Shown: one piece after another, positions 1 through 7,987 of the stretch
Layout of the letters: each line of letters starts with the position of its first letter
Position numbering within the stretch: position 1 is the stretch's first letter
Source of the DNA: a virus
Taxonomy: Duplodnaviria; Caudoviricetes
Length of the DNA: 62,580 nt
Virus record (IMG/VR): IMGVR_UViG_3300025759_000093
Span: 1-62,580 of that record
Direction: 5' to 3' (one strand)
The notes under the pieces: model-generated
What the model was told of the DNA's origin: nothing
The model's database searches: none
The model's input: only the letters and a program-made list of their open reading frames with translations
Translations under genes and position numbers: made by a program

Positions 1-2
1 TA

Positions 3-1706
3 GAAGATAAAGAAATAAATGGGTTCTTAATCGATAAGTTTAATCAGCACGGCTTGGACGTAGGTAAAACGCAGGGGACTTGTCCCCTGTGTTCATCTAC
101 ACGTAAACCTGAAAACCAAAAGAAAAAATGTGCTAGCTACGACTGGGAACGAGGTATAGGTACATGTCACAATTGTGATACACCTTTTCAGTTGCATACA
201 TTTAAACGTAAAGGTAAAGCTGAACGTGATTATGTTGTACCTGAACAAACAACCGTTGGTCAACTTGGTAATAAAGTTGTAGACTGGTTTAAAGATAGAG
301 GTATATCTGAACAAACATTAAAGCAATTAAAAGTTGGTGTTGGTAAAGAGTTTATGCCTCAAACTGGTAAGCAAGAAAATACAATACAATTTAATTATTT
401 AGTTGGTGGTAACTTAACTAATATTAAATACAGAGATGGACGTAAGAACTTTAAGCTATATAAAGGAGCTGAAAAAGTATTTTACAATATTGATAGTATT
501 GTAGGTCACGATGATTGTGTTATAGTTGAAGGTGAAATGGATGTGTTAGCTTTACATGAAGCTGGTATTACAAATGCTATATCAGTTCCAAACGGCGCTA
601 CACTTAATACAAACAATTTAGATTATTTAGATAACTGTATTGATTACTTTGAAGATAAGAAAAAGATAATCATAGCAGTTGATAATGATCCACCTGGTGT
701 TGCATTGCAGCAAGAGCTAATACGTAGGCTAGGTGCTGAGGTTTGTTTTATATCTACATTTGATGACTGCAAAGATGCTAATGAGTATCTATTAAAGCAC
801 GGATCTAAAGAGCTAATGTCACGCATAAAGCAAGCTCATCCAGTACCTCTTGAAAACGTTACAACGTTTAGAGATATTGAAGATGAAGTTACAGACTTTG
901 TACGTAATGGTTTTAAACGTGGCTTTACAGTTGGTTTACATAACTTTGATAAAATATTTAGTACATATACTAAACAATTTATTACAGTAACAGGTATACC
1001 TAGTTCAGGTAAGTCAGATTTTGTAGATCAAATGTGTGTAGGTTATAACAAAGAGTATGGCTGGAAAACTGCATTTGCATCTCCTGAAAATGCTCCTACA
1101 TATTTACACGCGCATAAGTTAATGCGTAAGGTATGGGGCGATATGCCAAATAAGGGCGATATAGGAGGTTCTAAATGGAATCAGGTTGCACAACACGTAA
1201 ATGATAATTTCTTTTTCATAGACATGGAAAGATACACATTAGAATCAGTGTTACGTAAAGGTGCAGAGCTTGTTAAGCGAAAAGGTATTAAATGCCTTGT
1301 GATTGATCCATATAATAAAGTAAGAGATGTTGATTGTCAAACAGAGGACGTCAACAAATATACTATGGAATACTTAACTAAAATAGAAACGTTTGCTAAA
1401 AAGTATGACGTGTTAGTATTCATAGTGGCACATCCTACCAAAATGTATAAGACACAAGATGGTAAGATTGAAGAGCCAACAATGTATAATATTAAAGGTG
1501 GTGGTGAATGGTACGATGCTAGTTATCATGGTTTATTAGTACACCGTGATTACGAAGCTAAAACAACTAAAGTTAAAGTTCTTAAATGTAAGTTTCAAAA
1601 CTTAGGCGAGAACGGAGCTGAAGCCCATTTTACTTGGGAACCTAGATCAGGTTGTTTTGTACCGCATGAAATGCCAGACCTTGAAGAACAAATGCCTTGG
1701 GACTAA
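3..1706 (+). CDS. Primase-helicase, T7 gp4/Twinkle-like (5' end probably outside the window)
   Basis: Zn-binding CPLC...CHNC, TOPRIM motifs EGEMD and DND, Walker A GIPSSGKS, Walker B LVIDP. The frame is open back to position 3. Confidence 0.92.
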   Translation, partial: EDKEINGFLIDKFNQHGLDVGKTQGTCPLCSSTRKPENQKKKCASYDWERGIGTCHNCDTPFQLHTFKRKGKAERDYVVPEQTTVGQLGNKVVDWFKDRGISEQTLKQLKVGVGKEFMPQTGKQENTIQFNYLVGGNLTNIKYRDGRKNFKLYKGAEKVFYNIDSIVGHDDCVIVEGEMDVLALHEAGITNAISVPNGATLNTNNLDYLDNCIDYFEDKKKIIIAVDNDPPGVALQQELIRRLGAEVCFISTFDDCKDANEYLLKHGSKELMSRIKQAHPVPLENVTTFRDIEDEVTDFVRNGFKRGFTVGLHNFDKIFSTYTKQFITVTGIPSSGKSDFVDQMCVGYNKEYGWKTAFASPENAPTYLHAHKLMRKVWGDMPNKGDIGGSKWNQVAQHVNDNFFFIDMERYTLESVLRKGAELVKRKGIKCLVIDPYNKVRDVDCQTEDVNKYTMEYLTKIETFAKKYDVLVFIVAHPTKMYKTQDGKIEEPTMYNIKGGGEWYDASYHGLLVHRDYEAKTTKVKVLKCKFQNLGENGAEAHFTWEPRSGCFVPHEMPDLEEQMPWD

Positions 1707-1960
1707 AAAGATTTTATGCTGACGATATTAAATGGACAGCTGAAGATAAAGAAGCGTACAGATGGTGTGTTAATCACGGAATTAAAATAGGTGTATTAGC
1801 TAATCAACCTGGTTACGACGTTGGATCTTGGAAAGTTCGTATCGTAGCAAACAATAAAGAAATGATTAGCCCAGGAGACTATAATAGAGCAGAGATATAT
1901 CCTAAAATATTTGAGCTATATCGGCACTATTACAATTTAAATACGAAACCAAATGGATAA
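1697..1960 (+). CDS. Hypothetical protein
   Basis: 87-aa ORF overlapping the helicase stop, in the same operon direction. Confidence 0.6.
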   Translation: MGLKRFYADDIKWTAEDKEAYRWCVNHGIKIGVLANQPGYDVGSWKVRIVANNKEMISPGDYNRAEIYPKIFELYRHYYNLNTKPNG

Positions 1961-1961
1961 T
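1931..1961 (+). promoter_or_regulatory. Class I (early-type) phage promoter motif
   Basis: TACAATTTAAATACGA-N8-GGATAAT, with ATG at 1968 exactly 6 nt downstream. Confidence 0.75.
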
Positions 1962-1967
1962 ATAATT

Positions 1968-2228
1968 ATGAAAAAAACAACATTAATATTAGTAGTAATG
2001 TTTTCATTGCTATCTTTTACATCAGACCACGTTAGAGTTAATCCTATACAATACGATATGAGATTAAATTTTATACAAGAAAGATCAAGAATGCTTGAAG
2101 AAATGTTTGAAAAACAATACGAAGAAGGTACACTAACTAGTGATTATGCTTTTTTCTATGTGAAAATGGTACAAAGTTTAGACAGCTGTGCTGCTGATTT
2201 AAAACATTTTAAAGTTTTATTTAAGTGA
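1968..2228 (+). CDS. Small secreted/periplasmic protein
   Basis: MKKTTLILVVMFSLLSF signal-peptide-like start; start chosen from promoter geometry. Confidence 0.65.
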   Translation: MKKTTLILVVMFSLLSFTSDHVRVNPIQYDMRLNFIQERSRMLEEMFEKQYEEGTLTSDYAFFYVKMVQSLDSCAADLKHFKVLFK

Positions 2229-2911
2229 GAGAGTTAACATTTAAAAACGCTAGTGAAGCTTTTGATTTTTACTACGGAACAATACCTTATCAAGGCGTAG
2301 ACTTTGCAAGTACTAGAGCTATGTTTAATCAAGGCTTCATTATTGAAAAGCCATGGGAACGTATGATAGAAAATGAAAATCGTGGGTTCAACATGGAATA
2401 TGCCGAAGCTGAATGGCAGTGGTATTTATCTGGTGATCCTAACGTTGATAAGCTAGGTGAAATATATGGTAAAGTTCCTCAAATATGGGAGCGTATGGCA
2501 GATGCTGACGGTGAAGTTAATTCTAATTATGGTTGGCAATGGGAGAGAGATTATCAGCTAGATAAAATTGTTGCACAATTAAAAGATAATCCTGACACAA
2601 GGCAAGCTGCAATATCTATTTATGATGGTAAAGAAATAAATAAATATAAACATGATACGCCTTGCACTTATGCTGTACAGTTTACAGTTTTAAAAGGTAG
2701 ATTAAATATGTGTGTCGTGATGCGATCTAATGATCTGTGGTATGGCTTTTGTAATGATCAATACTGTTTCAGTAAATTACAAGAACTAGTATCAGAAAGA
2801 ACAAAATATAAAATGGGTACATACTATCATTTTGCACATAATCTACATATTTATAATGATAAATTACCTGAACAAAATACGTTAACATCAAGAGCTAGAA
2901 CATATGGATAA
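2225..2911 (+). CDS. Thymidylate synthase-family protein, probably dCMP hydroxymethylase/methylase type
   Basis: DTPC catalytic Cys, MRSND and HFAHNLHIY motifs. GFCND places Asp at the E. coli ThyA N177-equivalent position. Confidence 0.85.
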   Translation: MRELTFKNASEAFDFYYGTIPYQGVDFASTRAMFNQGFIIEKPWERMIENENRGFNMEYAEAEWQWYLSGDPNVDKLGEIYGKVPQIWERMADADGEVNSNYGWQWERDYQLDKIVAQLKDNPDTRQAAISIYDGKEINKYKHDTPCTYAVQFTVLKGRLNMCVVMRSNDLWYGFCNDQYCFSKLQELVSERTKYKMGTYYHFAHNLHIYNDKLPEQNTLTSRARTYG

Positions 2912-3764
2912 AATTAATTATTATTTATACCATATACCGGGTAAAAAAATAGGTGTTACACGTGATCTTATATCTAGGGTTGTTGACCAGCAAGGCTACA
3001 GCTTAGACGAAATAGAAGTTCTAGATCAAAGTACAGATATTAATTATATATCTGACCGCGAATTAGAACTTCAACAGTCTTACGGCTACAGAGTTGACAG
3101 ACAAAAATATAAAGATCTATACATTAATAAAATAAAATCTAATATAATGCACATAAACGCGACAGAGCAGACCTCCACGTTCCCTTGTCCAGAATCTAAA
3201 CTTAAAGGTAGATTAATGGATCACATGGGTAAGACGTGGGAAACAACACATGGTACATTTGAAATAAACATGGATACTATTCAATGGATATTAAATAATG
3301 TAACAACATCTCAATACACAATGGAGAGATGTTATATATATAATAAAGCATTTGCTAAATATTTTCAAATAAAACCTCAAGGGCAGAAAGATGCTTATCA
3401 AGCATATTTCGATACTCTAACTAGTAGAGCAAACAGAAATGGTAATTGGAGATATGACAACGATGATAGCGAAAGGTTTCAAAAAATAAGAGACTGGGCA
3501 GGTGAAAGAGGCTTGTATACTAAAGGCGATACTAAAACTCAGTTCTGTAAGTTAATGGAAGAAGCTGGTGAATTAGGTAGAGCTGTATTAAAAGATGATA
3601 AAGCAGAGTTTGTAGATGCTATTGGCGATATGGTAGTTGTATTAACTAATATGGCTCATCTTGGTGGTACAACAATTGAAAAGTGTATAGATACAGCATA
3701 CAAAGTTATTTCTAAAAGAACTGGTAAAATGGTTAACGGAACATTTGTTAAAGATGAAAAGTAA
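2904..3764 (+). CDS. GIY-YIG-like N-terminal domain fused to MazG-like NTP pyrophosphohydrolase
   Basis: C-terminal KLMEEAGEL...DAIGD is a MazG motif. N-terminal YLYHI..KKIGVT.DL..R resembles GIY-YIG. Confidence 0.75.
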   Translation: MDKINYYLYHIPGKKIGVTRDLISRVVDQQGYSLDEIEVLDQSTDINYISDRELELQQSYGYRVDRQKYKDLYINKIKSNIMHINATEQTSTFPCPESKLKGRLMDHMGKTWETTHGTFEINMDTIQWILNNVTTSQYTMERCYIYNKAFAKYFQIKPQGQKDAYQAYFDTLTSRANRNGNWRYDNDDSERFQKIRDWAGERGLYTKGDTKTQFCKLMEEAGELGRAVLKDDKAEFVDAIGDMVVVLTNMAHLGGTTIEKCIDTAYKVISKRTGKMVNGTFVKDEK

Positions 3765-4137
3765 AACTATTTTATTTAGAGATCCTGTTGTAGAAAGAGT
3801 CTGCGATAAGTTTGTTAAACGTTCAGATGTTGGTTATGCTAAGTACGGTAGAACATTACATGATGAAAGAACTGGCGGACATAAAAATCTAGCTGGTTAT
3901 TTAAATGATGTTCAAGAAGAATTAATGGATGCTATACTTTATATTCAAGCAGCTAAAGAAGAACTTAATGATAGTTCAGTTAATGAAGCTATAGCTGAAG
4001 TTAACAAAGCGTCATTTAGACCACCACACCCTTCACACGCTTCATCAGCGCAGCTAGACTGGGACGACGAAAATATACTAGGTGTTAATTCACCTTTACC
4101 AGGTGAAGAAGAAGAAGATGCGATCTCGCCGGTATAA
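3754..4137 (+). CDS. Putative all-alpha (MazG-like) nucleotide pyrophosphohydrolase
   Basis: G.AKYG.TL and QEELMDAILY motifs, acidic tail, adjacent to the MazG gene. Confidence 0.55.
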   Translation: MKSKTILFRDPVVERVCDKFVKRSDVGYAKYGRTLHDERTGGHKNLAGYLNDVQEELMDAILYIQAAKEELNDSSVNEAIAEVNKASFRPPHPSHASSAQLDWDDENILGVNSPLPGEEEEDAISPV

Positions 4138-4567
4138 GAAACCAGGTCCTGTTAGATCTAAAAAGGTCAAGCATGATGGCATTACGTTTCAATCAGGTCT
4201 AGAAAAATATATGTACATAGCTTTAAAAAAAGCTAAGATAAAGGCTAAATATGAGGGACAAACTTACGAGCTTGTCCCTTCTTTTAACTTTAAAAATTCA
4301 TGTTATGAAAGACAAGCGAACTCTAAAGGGGAGTTCAAAGATAGAAGCGATAAGAAAATACGCGGAATACGTTATACGCCTGATTTTATTGGAGATAAGT
4401 TCATCATTGAATGTAAGGGTAGACCTAATGAGTCTTTCCCATTACGTTGGAAATTATTTAAAAAATACATTGCGTATAAAATGCCGGAGTATTCGTTATA
4501 TAAACCTCAAAATCAAAAGGAATGCGACGAAACCGTGAGCTTAATTCTTGGGAAAGAAAAGAATTAG
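4118..4567 (+). CDS. PD-(D/E)xK endonuclease, T7 endonuclease I-like (resolvase)
   Basis: FQSGLE, YTPDF and IECKG motifs. Confidence 0.8.
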   Translation: MRSRRYKKPGPVRSKKVKHDGITFQSGLEKYMYIALKKAKIKAKYEGQTYELVPSFNFKNSCYERQANSKGEFKDRSDKKIRGIRYTPDFIGDKFIIECKGRPNESFPLRWKLFKKYIAYKMPEYSLYKPQNQKECDETVSLILGKEKN

Positions 4568-4716
4568 CAAGAAGAAAATATGCTGAGCGTCAATTACAGA
4601 AGTTTATAGACTGGAGTATTGAAGCTAAAGGTTATTTAAAATATAAAGACTTAATTAAATATTCAGAAAAGTATGGCGAAGCTAACACTATTACCGTATC
4701 GAGAGAAAACCCGTAG
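4522..4716 (+). CDS. Hypothetical protein
   Basis: 64-aa ORF in the operon; start uncertain. Confidence 0.5.
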   Translation: MRRNRELNSWERKELARRKYAERQLQKFIDWSIEAKGYLKYKDLIKYSEKYGEANTITVSRENP

Positions 4717-4807
4717 AAAAAGACCGGGTGTTCATGCTAAAAGTAAGACGTCTAACTCTAAAGGCAGCGTCAACTATAAGAAAAAATACATAGGACAAGG
4801 AAGATGA
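4673..4807 (+). CDS. Small basic protein (44 aa), not in the ORF track
   Basis: MAKLTLLPYREKTRRKRPGVHAKSKTSNSKGSVNYKKKYIGQGR; its stop overlaps the next ATG (ATGA). Confidence 0.65.
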   Translation: MAKLTLLPYREKTRRKRPGVHAKSKTSNSKGSVNYKKKYIGQGR

Positions 4808-5019
4808 AAGAAAAAACTTTAATTGAAATAAAAAATAAAGTTCAATCACTTACAAACGTTGTACAACACTTGTATACAGAGGTTGAATACTTAAGAACAG
4901 TATCTTTTGGTACGTTAGAAACAATGAAGCATATGTCTGAATATGATAGTGCTTTGGGTAAAGTAAAAAATAAAGTAAAAGAAACAAACAATGGAGATAA
5001 GCAACAAGATACTAAGTGA
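4804..5019 (+). CDS. Hypothetical protein
   Basis: 71-aa helical ORF overlapping both neighbours. Confidence 0.6.
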   Translation: MKEKTLIEIKNKVQSLTNVVQHLYTEVEYLRTVSFGTLETMKHMSEYDSALGKVKNKVKETNNGDKQQDTK

Positions 5020-6853
5020 TATAACCGTTTACATGAAGTATGCTAAGTATATTCCCGAGTTAAATAGAAGAGAAACATGGGATGAGTTAGTTACTAGAAA
5101 CAAAAACATGCATATCAAAAAATACCCTGATCTTGCTGACTCTATTGAAGAAGCTTATAAGTTAGTATATGAAAAGAAAGTTTTACCGTCTATGCGATCG
5201 CTACAGTTCGGAGGTAAGCCTATTGAGATCTCGCCTAATCGAGTTTATAATTGTGCTTATCTACCTATTGATAGCATTGAGTCTTTTAATGAAATAATGT
5301 TTTTATTACTTGGTGGCACTGGAGTAGGATACTCTGTACAAAACCATCATGTTAGTAAACTGCCTTCAGTTAATCAACCATATAGTAAAAGAACTAGAAG
5401 ACATTTAATCGGCGACAGTATTGAAGGCTGGGCTGATGCAGTTAAGGTTTTAATTAAGTCTTATATGGGTCCTAAGAGATCATCTAAGATAACATTTGAT
5501 TATTCTGATATAAGACCAAAGGGAGCTCAATTAGTTACATCTGGAGGCAAAGCTCCAGGTCCACAGCCTTTGAAAGAATGTCTAGTAAAAGTAGCAGGAA
5601 TTTTAAATGATGTAGAAGACGGAGATAAATTAACTACATTACAAGCTCATGATATTGTTTGTCATATAGCTGACGCTGTATTAGCAGGCGGTATACGTAG
5701 AGCAGCTTTAATTAGTTTGTTTTCAGCAGATGACGAGGCAATGATAGGTTGTAAGTCTGGACACTGGTGGGAAGAAGCACCTCAACGAGGCAGAGCAAAC
5801 AACTCAGCTGTGCTTATGAGACATAAAATAAGTAAACAATTTTTTATGGATTTATGGAAACGTGTTGAGCTATCAGGAGCAGGTGAACCAGGTATTTATT
5901 TTAATAATGATAAAGACTGGGGAACAAACCCATGTTGTGAAATAGCTTTACGGCCATACCAGTTCTGTAATTTATGTGAGGTAAATGCTAGTGATATAGT
6001 AGATCAAAATGATTTTAACAAAAGATGTCAAGTAGCTTCTTTTATAGGTACACTCCAAGCAGGCTACACTGACTTTCATTATTTAAGAGACATATGGAAA
6101 GATACGACAGAGAAGGACGCCCTTATAGGTGTATCAATGACAGGGATAGGCTCTGCCGCTGTGCTGCAGTTGGATATGACGGACGCTGCAGATATAGTAG
6201 TAAAGCAAAACAGAAGACTAGCTAAGCTAATTGGTATTAAACCAGCTGCAAGATGTACAACCGTAAAGCCTGCTGGGACGACATCTCTGGCATTAGGAAC
6301 TTCATCCGGTATTCATGCATGGCATAATGATTATTATGTACGTAGAGTTAGAGTTGGTAAAAACGAAAGTATGTATAAATATTTAATTGAAAACCATCCT
6401 GACTTAATTGAAGATGAATACTTTAGACCTCATGATACTGCTGTTATTAGTATACCTCAAAAAGCTCCGGCTAATGCTATACTAAGAACTGAGTCACCAT
6501 TTGATTTACTTGAACGTATAAAGAAAGTAGCAACTGAGTGGGTTAAACCAGGTCATAAACGTGGTAGCAATACCCATAACGTTTCAGCTACTGTTAGTTT
6601 AAAAGCAGATGAGTGGGATAAAGCAGGTGAGTGGATGTGGGATAATAGAGATTATTATAACGGACTATCTGTATTACCATATGATGGTGGGACATATACT
6701 CAAGCTCCATTTGAAGATATAGATAAATCTAAATACGAAACTATGATGAAGAGTTTAACTGATGTTAATCTTACAGATATAGTAGAAGTTGAAGATGAAA
6801 CTGATCTAGCTGGCGAATTAGCTTGTGCAGGAGGCGCGTGTGAGATAGTATGA
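4991..6853 (+). CDS. nrdJ: Class II (adenosylcobalamin-dependent) ribonucleotide reductase, RTPR type
   Basis: YNCAY, TNPCCEI, VKPAGT and C-terminal ACAGGACEIV redox pair; no beta-subunit gene nearby. Confidence 0.9.
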   Translation: MEISNKILSDITVYMKYAKYIPELNRRETWDELVTRNKNMHIKKYPDLADSIEEAYKLVYEKKVLPSMRSLQFGGKPIEISPNRVYNCAYLPIDSIESFNEIMFLLLGGTGVGYSVQNHHVSKLPSVNQPYSKRTRRHLIGDSIEGWADAVKVLIKSYMGPKRSSKITFDYSDIRPKGAQLVTSGGKAPGPQPLKECLVKVAGILNDVEDGDKLTTLQAHDIVCHIADAVLAGGIRRAALISLFSADDEAMIGCKSGHWWEEAPQRGRANNSAVLMRHKISKQFFMDLWKRVELSGAGEPGIYFNNDKDWGTNPCCEIALRPYQFCNLCEVNASDIVDQNDFNKRCQVASFIGTLQAGYTDFHYLRDIWKDTTEKDALIGVSMTGIGSAAVLQLDMTDAADIVVKQNRRLAKLIGIKPAARCTTVKPAGTTSLALGTSSGIHAWHNDYYVRRVRVGKNESMYKYLIENHPDLIEDEYFRPHDTAVISIPQKAPANAILRTESPFDLLERIKKVATEWVKPGHKRGSNTHNVSATVSLKADEWDKAGEWMWDNRDYYNGLSVLPYDGGTYTQAPFEDIDKSKYETMMKSLTDVNLTDIVEVEDETDLAGELACAGGACEIV

Positions 6854-7005
6854 AAAAGTTAATGATAATAGGAGGTATAGGTATGATCACAATGGCTGGC
6901 ACTAATATGATATGGCATAAGCAAAAACCAAAGTTTGGGCCAAATGAATTAGCAATAGCGGTTGGTGCTGTCACACTATCAGTCGGAGTTACTATAAGAT
7001 TTTGA
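6850..7005 (+). CDS. Small membrane/secreted protein (51 aa), not in the ORF track
   Basis: MKKLMIIGGIGMITMAG...AIAVGAVTLSVGVTIRF; overlaps the RNR stop (ATGA). Confidence 0.6.
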   Translation: MKKLMIIGGIGMITMAGTNMIWHKQKPKFGPNELAIAVGAVTLSVGVTIRF

Positions 7006-7187
7006 AAAGCTCCTGGTTAAATGCCTACAATTTAATGATAGGCAAAACAACTTACGATGAGTTGTCTAAAAACAAAGTATTCTACTTGCCGGTAAATCAT
7101 GAAGATCCAGAAGTATTATTAAGATACTTTGAAGGTGAAGAAGAATATGAAAAATGTCAAACAATAAAACAAATAAAAGATGTGTGA
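7002..7187 (+). CDS. Small protein with C-terminal UVR (UvrB/C)-like motif
   Basis: YFEGEEEYEKCQTIKQ resembles the EdYEkAAxxRD motif. Confidence 0.5.
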   Translation: MKSSWLNAYNLMIGKTTYDELSKNKVFYLPVNHEDPEVLLRYFEGEEEYEKCQTIKQIKDV

Positions 7188-7218
7188 ATATTGTAATGGC
7201 TACTGCGGTGGCTGCTAA
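7180..7218 (+). CDS. Putative 12-aa Cys-rich micropeptide MCEYCNGYCGGC
   Basis: ATG in an A-rich context overlapping the upstream ORF end; 4 Cys; ends just before the terminator. Confidence 0.35.
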   Translation: MCEYCNGYCGGC

Positions 7219-7224
7219 ATAATA

Positions 7225-7249
7225 AAAGGGGATCATTACGATCCCCTTT
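7225..7249. terminator. Bidirectional intrinsic terminator between convergent blocks
   Basis: AAAGGGGATC-attac-GATCCCCTTT perfect inverted repeat with A/T flanks. Confidence 0.8.
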
Positions 7250-7296
7250 CTTGGTTACAGGAACTTTTGGGTATGGTGCCCAGTTTTATCGTGTTC

Positions 7297-7827
7297 CTAT
7301 GATACATTACTACTAGAGCTTCTGCGCTTTCCCATGCCAACTTTCTTTTTTGCTTTAGTTACTTTTTGCTTCTCACCTTTGCTCATTTCACTCCAAGACT
7401 TAGGTGATTCACCACTAACTCTTTTAGATGGTCTACACACTTTAGTATTCTTGTTCTTTTCAGATCCACAAACATTTCCCTTTTCATCTTTCCACTCTTC
7501 TTTAAACCAACGTTTTAAGTTTGAACCTTCTTTAGTTTTGCGAACAGCAGACAATGGTGATCTCGATGTACTGTACATAGCCATAGCTTTACTCTTATCA
7601 TTGTCTCCCATTTTCATAGCCATTTTTCTAGCTCTCTCCATCTTAGCTGCATACTTAGGTCTCTTCTTGTTAAAGTTTTTCTGTTGCACAAATGCGCCAT
7701 TTATTTTCTGCATATTGCCTTTTCTTGTTTTATAAACCCACTTAGCTAATTCTTCAGCATTTAGATCTTTAAACTTACCGTCTGCATCAGGAGCGTCTGA
7801 GTCGTGCCATTTTAGTTTCTTCGCCAT
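7297..7827 (-). CDS. Basic late protein (putative internal/core protein)
   Basis: Lys/Arg-rich; two modules joined by AMYSTSRSPLSA; C-terminal module LKRWFKEEWKD...CG...CRP. Confidence 0.7.
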   Translation of the reverse strand: MAKKLKWHDSDAPDADGKFKDLNAEELAKWVYKTRKGNMQKINGAFVQQKNFNKKRPKYAAKMERARKMAMKMGDNDKSKAMAMYSTSRSPLSAVRKTKEGSNLKRWFKEEWKDEKGNVCGSEKNKNTKVCRPSKRVSGESPKSWSEMSKGEKQKVTKAKKKVGMGKRRSSSSNVS

Positions 7828-7828
7828 A

Positions 7829-7987
7829 CTACTTTATGTTACCACCACGTTTTCTACACTTAGCTATATAACCACTAGCATACGCAGATGGAAACACATC
7901 GTATTTAGCTTTAGCTTTTTTATAACAAGCATCTTTTAAAGCTGCGGGTGAATCGTATTTATTAAAAGGTGTTTTACATTTTCTCAT
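7829..7987 (-). CDS. Small basic late protein (52 aa), not in the ORF track
   Basis: MRKCKTPFNKYDSPAALKDACYKKAKAKYDVFPSAYASGYIAKCRKRGGNIK; coupled to the giant gene's stop. Confidence 0.7.
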   Translation of the reverse strand: MRKCKTPFNKYDSPAALKDACYKKAKAKYDVFPSAYASGYIAKCRKRGGNIK

